Shown here piece after piece: positions 17,391-24,336 of a DNA stretch of 40,223 nt; position 1 is the first letter of the stretch; each line of letters opens with the position of its first letter. The translations under genes were made by a program, and so were the position numbers. The stretch is taken from positions 1-40,223 of the forward strand of contig JANMPX010000246.1 in the NCBI GenBank assembly GCA_031370085.1. Reading direction: 5' to 3'. Under the pieces are notes generated by a model that saw only the letters and a list, made by a program, of their open reading frames with translations, had not been told where the DNA came from and searched no databases. Origin of the DNA: Chloroflexota bacterium (GTDB lineage Bacteria > Chloroflexota > Limnocylindria > QHBO01).

Positions 17391-20300
17391 TCGCGCTCGA
17401 TGTCGGCACCCAGTAGCCGGCCCATACCCCGTTGCTGATCAGGAGATAGCCCCGGCCATTGATGACCGCCGACGCCGACGGCGACGCCGAAGACGACCTG
17501 CCGAGCGTATAGGTCTTCACTCCGACGACCGAGCGCCAGGTGGTGTCGAACCGGTAGCCGGTGTAGGTGCCGATGGCAAAGCTGGCTGTCCGCAGCGGCG
17601 CGTAGTTCTCGCGCATTGCCATGCCCGGCAGGTAGACGCTCGGTGATTCCCTGACCCAGTATCCCGCCCACACTCCCGCAGTGACATAGAACCAGGCTCC
17701 GACCTGCTTCGGCAGGGCTGCGTTTCGCTGGGCAGCGGGGGCAGAGGAGCTCCTGGTGAGGGTATAGGTCTTGCTGGCCAAAATATTGCCCGCCGTATCG
17801 AATCTCCGGCCCGTGTAGGTCCCGGCCAGGAAGGCCAGTGAGCGCGCCGGAGTGTAGGAGGTGACCAGCGCAGTGGTGCTGAACGTCCAGCTGGTGGCGA
17901 CAAGCCGATTGCCTGCCAGGTCGCCGATGGCGTCACCGAGCGAGGCCTGGTAGGCATGCCCCGGAAGCAGCGCCATGAGCGGAGCAAGCGTTGCCGTGCG
18001 GGCAGTGTCGAGGTAGGTGACCGTGCCGACGACCGGCTGCCCGGTAGCGGTATCGACCACTGAGAAGGTCGCGTTCCCTACCCCGGTGACCGGCTCGCTG
18101 AAGGTCACGCTTGGCTTGACCGTGGTTGACCAGTCGTTGCCCGCCACGCTGGCTGCGGCCGTGGGCGGCACGTGATCGGCGGCGACGCCCCACGCCGATA
18201 GGATGGCCGGGTCGACGCCGGCGGTCGGCGCCACGTGCGTGCCGTTCGGATCAACGACGGTCACGCGCAGGAGATACATGCCATTGCCGGCCCAGGCGCC
18301 AGAGGCAAGCCTGCCGTCCCATGTCGCCTGTCCAGCGCCAGCCGGCAGTGGCCCAAGGTCGCGGCCGGCGACCACATCACCAGACGCTGCGAAAACGTCC
18401 AGTCGAGCCTGTGACGCCGGCGATGGCAGGGTGAAGCTCACCGCCGCGGTGTCGTTCAGGCCGTCGCCGTCCGGGCTGATCAGGCGCGGCGCAGCCTGGT
18501 ATCCGCCGATGGTGGGAGCCAGGGTGGTGATCACCGGAGCGAACATGGGGACAAGGTATGCGGTCGATCCCGAGGCGGCAGCCACCCATCCGAGGCGGGG
18601 ATACTGCGACGACGGCCACTCGCTGAAATCGAACTGCACCTGGTACCAGGGGTAGCCCGATGCATCGATCGGACCCCCGGTCACGGCGACCACGGACGCG
18701 GCGGCAAGGGTATCGAGAACGGCGAAGCCCGTGCCCGCTCCGCTCCGGACGTTCAGCGTATCGACCGCCACCTTCGCAAATCCACCCAGGGTCAGCGTTG
18801 AGCCCGGATCCGGGTTGGCCGGCAACCATGGCTGCACGTTGCCCTTGAAGTCAGTGGCGGAGACGCGGAACTCGTAGCTGTGCCCAGCGACCCCGACGAA
18901 GTACGCCTGCGTGGCGGTGGTGCCGGTCAGCCACGACACCCAGGTCGAAGCCGATCGATCGTGCACCTGGACCGAGTAGGAGCGAACTCCCGAGCCAACA
19001 TCGGTGGCCGACCAACCGACCAGTACAGCGGATGCATCGGTCGATGGATTCATCAGGGTGACCCCACCGCTCGGAGGAGTGGTGTCGTTGACGAACTTGC
19101 CGGCGATCAGGTTCCAGAGGGCTGCGTCGCCCTGGTCCATCAGCAGGGTCCACATTCCGGTCCCGGCAAGGCCGCGCTGGTTGACCATGTCGTACTTGAC
19201 CCCCAGCGAGGTCGCGTCGTCGTAGTAGCCCTCCACCCAGGTGGCCGCGGTCGCGTCCCAGTACTTGAACCACGGCACTCCGCCGACCGAGTCCCAGAGG
19301 CGTCCGTACTGCGCGGCCTTGTCGCGGGCGCCAGTGTAGTAATAGGCCTTCGACGCGCCCGAAGCGCCGGACACCGTCGTGGCGTTGAGGTTCCCCGTTG
19401 TCGTCTGCCAGCTGCGGCCGTAGTACGGCACTCCCCACAGGATGCGACTGCCCGGTGCGAGCAACAGGTAATCGTCGACCGATTCGTTGACGTCGAGCAT
19501 GTACGGCGAGTCCATCGGCGCCACGCCGCCTGCTCGCGAGGAGCCGGACCAGCTGTAGTCGTAGCCCATCACGAAGAGGGCATCTGCTGCGCCGCTCGCA
19601 GTCAGGGCGGCCACGTCATACCCGGTCGACCAGGTGGCGGCTCCGGCCATCGTGTCGACCGTCAGATACGACCCGGCCCCGGCGGCGATCAGGCCAGCCT
19701 TGAGCTGCTGGACGAAGCTGGTGAACTGGTCTCGCTGCGCGGTGTTGACCGGCTCGAAGTCCAGGTTCACCCCATCCCCTGCCCGACCGGCTATGGCGGC
19801 CGCGATGGCGGTGACCAGGCGGGCGCGCGCAGCGGCATCGCCGAGCAGAGCGGCCTGCGCGGTCCCGCCGTCCCAGGCCATCATGGTCACGGTCAGCACG
19901 ACACGCACCCCACGCGCGTGAGCCGCATTCGTGACCTGCGTCATGGCGCTCGAATTCCAGCCCGCCCACCCCGGCGTCGTCACACCGCCGCTGGTGGCGG
20001 CAAGGGTGCCATCGGATCGGGCCGCCACGCCGAAGTAGGCGATCGTGGTGACGAGCTGATACTGCATCCACTGCAGGTCGGATGCGCTCAGCATCCAATA
20101 CGGAAGGAAGCCAAAGACTTCCCTGCGCATGCCGTTCGGCAGCGCCGCCGTGGCCGCCAGGGTCGATGGCGCGGCCGAGGGCTGCGCAAGACCAAGTGGC
20201 GCAACCCGGGAGCCTCCGCCAGAGGCGATGCTCGCAGTGACCGCGCCCGCCCGGGGCTGAGGGCGTGAGCCTGGGGTGAAGTTGACGGGGTCGTCAGCGT

Positions 20301-20526
20301 GGGCCGCGAGCATCTCCGCCTGCACCGACGGTCGCTGCAGTCCGGGTGGCATCGCCTTCAGGATTCGGCCATTGGGCAGCGTGATCGGCCCGTCGGCCAG
20401 CAGCGGCGGAACCGCGAAAGGACCGGCCGGCGGGTCCGCGGCGACGGTGCCAGACACGTTGATGAGTCCGCCGGCCATGACCGCGACGAGGCACAGGACC
20501 GTCAGTTTTCGCCGCGGCACGGACAT
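17377..20526 (-). CDS. Secreted multidomain GH18 glycoside hydrolase (SleL/YaaH-like). Order: signal peptide, GH18, FN3-like, SH3b-like, FlgD-Ig-like, SbsA/Big_5-like Ig, then two copies of an unrecognised ~75-aa C-terminal module
   Basis: GH18 motifs: FGFLPYW, DGVNLDFE, VMGYDY, VPYYGRSW, GTGMWTL. SH3b-like stretch: VAVDTLNVRSGAGTGFAVLD...YPWYQVQF. FlgD-Ig-like stretch: ISPDGDGLNDTAAVSF...GMYLLRV. The ATG at 20526 is preceded by GAGG (5 nt). The track start at 20532 is the upstream GTG. Confidence 0.8.
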   Translation of the reverse strand: MSVPRRKLTVLCLVAVMAGGLINVSGTVAADPPAGPFAVPPLLADGPITLPNGRILKAMPPGLQRPSVQAEMLAAHADDPVNFTPGSRPQPRAGAVTASIASGGGSRVAPLGLAQPSAAPSTLAATAALPNGMRREVFGFLPYWMLSASDLQWMQYQLVTTIAYFGVAARSDGTLAATSGGVTTPGWAGWNSSAMTQVTNAAHARGVRVVLTVTMMAWDGGTAQAALLGDAAARARLVTAIAAAIAGRAGDGVNLDFEPVNTAQRDQFTSFVQQLKAGLIAAGAGSYLTVDTMAGAATWSTGYDVAALTASGAADALFVMGYDYSWSGSSRAGGVAPMDSPYMLDVNESVDDYLLLAPGSRILWGVPYYGRSWQTTTGNLNATTVSGASGASKAYYYTGARDKAAQYGRLWDSVGGVPWFKYWDATAATWVEGYYDDATSLGVKYDMVNQRGLAGTGMWTLLMDQGDAALWNLIAGKFVNDTTPPSGGVTLMNPSTDASAVLVGWSATDVGSGVRSYSVQVHDRSASTWVSWLTGTTATQAYFVGVAGHSYEFRVSATDFKGNVQPWLPANPDPGSTLTLGGFAKVAVDTLNVRSGAGTGFAVLDTLAAASVVAVTGGPIDASGYPWYQVQFDFSEWPSSQYPRLGWVAAASGSTAYLVPMFAPVITTLAPTIGGYQAAPRLISPDGDGLNDTAAVSFTLPSPASQARLDVFAASGDVVAGRDLGPLPAGAGQATWDGRLASGAWAGNGMYLLRVTVVDPNGTHVAPTAGVDPAILSAWGVAADHVPPTAAASVAGNDWSTTVKPSVTFSEPVTGVGNATFSVVDTATGQPVVGTVTYLDTARTATLAPLMALLPGHAYQASLGDAIGDLAGNRLVATSWTFSTTALVTSYTPARSLAFLAGTYTGRRFDTAGNILASKTYTLTRSSSAPAAQRNAALPKQVGAWFYVTAGVWAGYWVRESPSVYLPGMAMRENYAPLRTASFAIGTYTGYRFDTTWRSVVGVKTYTLGRSSSASPSASAVINGRGYLLISNGVWAGYWVPTSSAITLR

Positions 20527-20623
20527 CACCACCTCAGTTCAGCAAGCCGATGCGTGCGACCTCAACAGACCGCATCGAGCTGCACCGTACCGCCCTGCCG
20601 GAGAACACGGAATGGTACGAATC

Positions 20624-20639
20624 TCCCGCCCGGGCGGGA
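20624..20639 (-). terminator. 16-nt perfect GC palindrome (TCCCGCCCGGGCGGGA), a possible hairpin or attenuator between the two secreted-protein genes
   Basis: Lies 10 nt downstream of the stop at 20649. It is followed on the minus strand by a modestly U-containing tract (GAUUCGUACCAUUCC), not a classical U-run. Confidence 0.25.
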
Positions 20640-20648
20640 CCCGACGGC

Positions 20649-22097
20649 TCAGCCCAGGCTCAGACTGCTGGTGTCGCGGATCCAGTAGCCGGACCAGACG
20701 CCGGCCGTGATGAGGTACCAGCTGCCGCTCTGGCCGATGAGGCTGCCGTGCTGACTGGTCGGGGCGTTGGAGGTCTTGATCAGGGTGTAGGGCTTGGTGC
20801 CGAGCACCGCTCCGGTCGAGCTGAAGTGGTAGCCGGTATAGGTGCCAGCCGCGAAGTACAGGGTGCGCGGCGGGTCATAGACCTCGGGCGCAGGCGCATT
20901 CGGATCAGCGACAGTCGTGAACGACCACGATGTCGGCGAGACCGACAGGTAGCCGGCGTTGACGACCAACCCGTTGACCGACGCGGTATAGGTTGTCGAG
21001 AAACCCAGTGGGGTTGCCGGGACCAGATCGGCTCGGTTGGCCACCGGATCGAAGGAGACCGTCGCCGCAACCAGCGACCCGGTCGGGTCGGTCAGCAGGA
21101 ATCCCCCCGGATTCACGGTGACCGGCATATTGAACGTGGTGCTCACGGTTGCCCCGGTGGCAACTCCGCTGGTACCGGGTGCGGGCGTCCGCCCGGTGAC
21201 GATGGCGGCCGCCGACAGTGGCTGTCCCGGATTCCCATCCGGGGTGGCGAAGGGGTTGCCGGCGAATGCGTATCGATAGTCGGGGTCGCCCCCGGTGCGC
21301 TGCAGCCACACCTGGGCATTGGCCAGGTCCGGGTGCGCAAAGTGCCGTTGCGCCGGGGCGCTGTAGCCGGAGCCGGCCGCCGTGATGTCGGCGTAGGTCA
21401 TCGACGGGTTGCGCAGGATCAGGTCGACCAGGACGGCCGAGCCACGGTACATGTCGGTCGCGAAGTAGGCGGACGCCCCGAGCTTGAGAGCCGGATAGGC
21501 GTAGTTCTTGGCGTGAGCCAGGGCGACCGCCTCGCTGGCGCGCGGCTCCCATGACTGGCTCGCACCTGGCGCGTAGCACGCGTCGGCGTAGATCATCACC
21601 CACCCCGCGGCAGGGGTGATCGGGCCTGGCTTGCAGTAGGTCTGCTGGGTGGCGCCGTCGCTCGAGGTGAGGGTCCCGAGCATCGCCTTTTCGCCGCAAT
21701 AGGCCATCGTCGAGTACCCATCATCCCCGTCGCCGCCGGTGGTCGTCCGGTTCAGACCCCACCCATTGACACGGTCGGTGTATTCGACGCTGGTGTACGG
21801 GTTCGGGTAGCCATTGCCGTGGCCAAAGTAGACGACGATGTTGGCGCCGTTGACGGCGGCCTTGACGTTCGCCCAGGTCGCGCTCGGCGAGTACACCTTG
21901 ACCACCGTCGCACCGGCCGCGGACGCCGCGGCCGCCGTCACGTCGGCGTCGGCGCGAAAGCTGCTGGTCCCGGAGCCCACTGGCCCGACGATGATCACAA
22001 CCTTCTGCGGCGCCGCCACGGCGCCCACCGGGACGGCCGCCAGGCCAAGGGTGGCAAGGGTGAGGATGGCTACCAGGATTGGGCGGGTCCGGTGCAA
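20649..22097 (-). CDS. Secreted protein. Order: signal peptide, alpha/beta domain with an HG...DAC motif pair (possible clan-CD-like cysteine peptidase), Big_5/SbsA-like Ig domain, one copy of the ~75-aa C-terminal module
   Basis: Signal peptide ILVAILTLATLGLAAVPVGAVA. Alternating beta/alpha pattern: KVVIIVGPVG, ATVVKVYSP, ANIVVYFGHGNG, GWVMIYADACYAPG. TTG start preceded by GAGG (9 nt). The C-terminus is homologous to the GH18 protein C-terminus. Confidence 0.7.
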   Translation of the reverse strand: MHRTRPILVAILTLATLGLAAVPVGAVAAPQKVVIIVGPVGSGTSSFRADADVTAAAASAAGATVVKVYSPSATWANVKAAVNGANIVVYFGHGNGYPNPYTSVEYTDRVNGWGLNRTTTGGDGDDGYSTMAYCGEKAMLGTLTSSDGATQQTYCKPGPITPAAGWVMIYADACYAPGASQSWEPRASEAVALAHAKNYAYPALKLGASAYFATDMYRGSAVLVDLILRNPSMTYADITAAGSGYSAPAQRHFAHPDLANAQVWLQRTGGDPDYRYAFAGNPFATPDGNPGQPLSAAAIVTGRTPAPGTSGVATGATVSTTFNMPVTVNPGGFLLTDPTGSLVAATVSFDPVANRADLVPATPLGFSTTYTASVNGLVVNAGYLSVSPTSWSFTTVADPNAPAPEVYDPPRTLYFAAGTYTGYHFSSTGAVLGTKPYTLIKTSNAPTSQHGSLIGQSGSWYLITAGVWSGYWIRDTSSLSLG

Positions 22098-22269
22098 CGT
22101 GGGCGACCTCGGTGGCGATGGGAGGTCGTCACACCCCTCGGCTGACGGCTTCTCCTGAGCACGAGGCTAGGTTCCGGCACTCGCGGCGCCCATGCCTCGA
22201 TGGTCCGCGGACCCGGCGGCGATCGGGCCATGTGCGCCAGCGCACCACCGGGCAGGTGGCGGTTGGACC

Positions 22270-23139
22270 CTACTGCTGGGTGAAGTGCCGAACCACCATG
22301 AGGCGCTCGATGCGGCCGAAATCGACGGCCGGGCGCACGAACAGGGTCTGGGTGAGCGCATTCGAATCGCGCTGGATGGCCTGCACGGTACCGACCAGCA
22401 GCCCCTTTGGATACGGGCTGCGCACAGTGCCGCCCGTCGAGGGATCGGTCAACACCAGGCCGGCGGTGATGATGGAGTCGCCCAGCGCCACCTGATCGGT
22501 GACCGCCACCTGCACCATGACCAGCTGTCCACCGAGCTGGCCCTTCACCAGGCCGAGCGCCCGGGACGCCTGGTCGACAGCGACCACGCTGGACCGGCTG
22601 TCCACCACCAGCCGCACGGTGGCACTGTCGGTCGAAACGGCCACCACCGACCCCGCCAGGGCTCCCCCACCGTCGGACGCGGCGACGACCGGCATCCCGA
22701 CCTTTACTCCCTCGTCGGTGCCGGCATCGATCCCGATCTCCCAGCTGAAATTGCTCGGGTCACGGGTGAGGATGCGGGCCGGCAGCAGATCCATGCCGAG
22801 GCTGGTGCTGAGCCCCAACAGCTGCCGCAGCTGGGCGTTCTCGGCGGCCGCCTCGCGCAGCTCGGCGATGCGCTGCTCGGCGCCGGCCAGTTCGCTGCGC
22901 AGCCGATCGTTGTCGCTCCGCAGGCGACCGATCTCGCCGATTGCGCCAACCATGCCGGAGGCAGCCTGGCCGACCCCGGCGATGGCGCCGCGCAGCGGGT
23001 CGAGCGCCCGTGCAGCCGCCTGCTGAACGAAGAGCGCCGGTTCGGTTCGCGCGGCCAGCAGCATCAGCAGCGAGGCGATCGTGAAGGCGGCCAGACGCAG
23101 CCCCACGCGCGGGCGACGATGTGGGCTGCCCTCGAGCAT
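22270..23139 (-). CDS. mreC: Rod shape-determining protein MreC
   Basis: N-terminal TM helix, then coiled coil NDRLRSELAGAEQRIAELREAAAENAQLRQLLGL, then a beta-rich C-terminal domain. Lies directly downstream of mreB. The ATG at 23139 avoids the 35-nt overlap implied by the track start at 23184. Confidence 0.85.
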   Translation of the reverse strand: MLEGSPHRRPRVGLRLAAFTIASLLMLLAARTEPALFVQQAAARALDPLRGAIAGVGQAASGMVGAIGEIGRLRSDNDRLRSELAGAEQRIAELREAAAENAQLRQLLGLSTSLGMDLLPARILTRDPSNFSWEIGIDAGTDEGVKVGMPVVAASDGGGALAGSVVAVSTDSATVRLVVDSRSSVVAVDQASRALGLVKGQLGGQLVMVQVAVTDQVALGDSIITAGLVLTDPSTGGTVRSPYPKGLLVGTVQAIQRDSNALTQTLFVRPAVDFGRIERLMVVRHFTQQ

Positions 23140-23149
23140 CCCGCGATGC

Positions 23150-24205
23150 CTAGCGTGGCGCTCGGCTGAACTGCTCGCTGACAAGGACCCGCTCGAGGGT
23201 GTCGAGCTCCTCGAGCACTTTCCCTGCCCCGCGCACGACGCAGGTCAGCGGATCGTCGGCGATATGCACCGGCATCTGTGTCGCCTCGGCGACTCGCTTG
23301 TCGAGCCCCGCCAGCAGCGCCCCGCCACCGGCCAGCACGATCCCCTGGTCCATGATGTCAGCCACCAGCTCGGGCGGCGTTTCCTCGATCGTCTCCTTGA
23401 TCGCCTCGATGATCTGGGCCACGGATGGCTCCAGCGCCTCGCGGATCTGGTCGCTCCCCACTTCGACACTGCGGGGCAGGCCGGTCAGCAGGTCGCGCCC
23501 GCGGAAGGTCACGGTGCGCGGGTTGTCCTGTGGGTAGGCCGAGCCAACGGCGATCTTGATCTCCTCCGCGGTGCGCTCGCCCATCAGCAGGTTGTACTCG
23601 CGACGTGCGAAGCTGACGATGTCGACATCCATCTCATCGCCGCCGATTCGGATGCTGCGCGCAACCACGATCCCGCCGAGGCTGATCACCGCCACTTCGG
23701 TGGTACCGCCGCCGATATCCACGATCAGCGATCCGGTCGGCTCCGAGACGGGCAGGCCGGCGCCGATGGCGGCCGCCATCGGCTCTTCGATCAGTCGAGC
23801 CCAGCGGGCGCCCGCGTTGCGGGTGGCGTCCTGCACGGCCCGCTTCTCGACCTCGGTCACGCCTGACGGAATGCCGACCAGGACCCGCGGACGAGGGATG
23901 CGGGCATAGCGGTCGTGCACCTTCTGGATGAAGTAGCGCAGCATCTGCTCGGTGACGTCGAAGTCGCTGATCACCCCGTCGCGCAGCGGGCGGATGGCGA
24001 CGATGTTGGCCGGCGTGCGCCCCACCATGCGCTTGGCTTCGGCGCCGATCGCCAGCACGCGCTTGGTGCGCGTGTCAAGCGCCACCACGCTCGGCTCGGA
24101 GATCACGATTCCGCGGTGCCGAACCGTGACCAGGGTATTGGCGGTCCCCAGATCGATCCCGACGTCGTGCGACAGCAGCCCGAGCAGACCGTCGAAGATG
24201 CCCAC
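23150..24205 (-). CDS. mreB: Rod shape-determining actin homologue MreB
   Basis: Motifs: VGIDLGTANTLV, IDIGGGTTEVAVISLGG, GIVLAGGGALL. The GTG start is preceded by GGAGG. Confidence 0.95.
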   Translation of the reverse strand: MGIFDGLLGLLSHDVGIDLGTANTLVTVRHRGIVISEPSVVALDTRTKRVLAIGAEAKRMVGRTPANIVAIRPLRDGVISDFDVTEQMLRYFIQKVHDRYARIPRPRVLVGIPSGVTEVEKRAVQDATRNAGARWARLIEEPMAAAIGAGLPVSEPTGSLIVDIGGGTTEVAVISLGGIVVARSIRIGGDEMDVDIVSFARREYNLLMGERTAEEIKIAVGSAYPQDNPRTVTFRGRDLLTGLPRSVEVGSDQIREALEPSVAQIIEAIKETIEETPPELVADIMDQGIVLAGGGALLAGLDKRVAEATQMPVHIADDPLTCVVRGAGKVLEELDTLERVLVSEQFSRAPR

Positions 24206-24336
24206 GGTGCCTCCAGCTGGGTGTGCGGATCAAGAGAGGCCGATGAGGGGCTCCAGCCGGCCGGCTGGCGCTGGGACAAGTGTGACGGATCGGCCTGTTG
24301 CGGGCAATCTGAACTCGCCGCGGGGGATCCTTCGCT

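Noticed and set aside
22098-22269. A missing mreD or a small ORF in the spacer after mreC, plus a 12-bp palindrome GGTCCGCGGACC at about 22202-22213
   Set aside because: The spacer is too short for MreD (about 160-170 aa, hydrophobic). The only track ORF there (22167-22361 -) overlaps mreC out of frame and is not hydrophobic. The palindrome alone is not interpretable.
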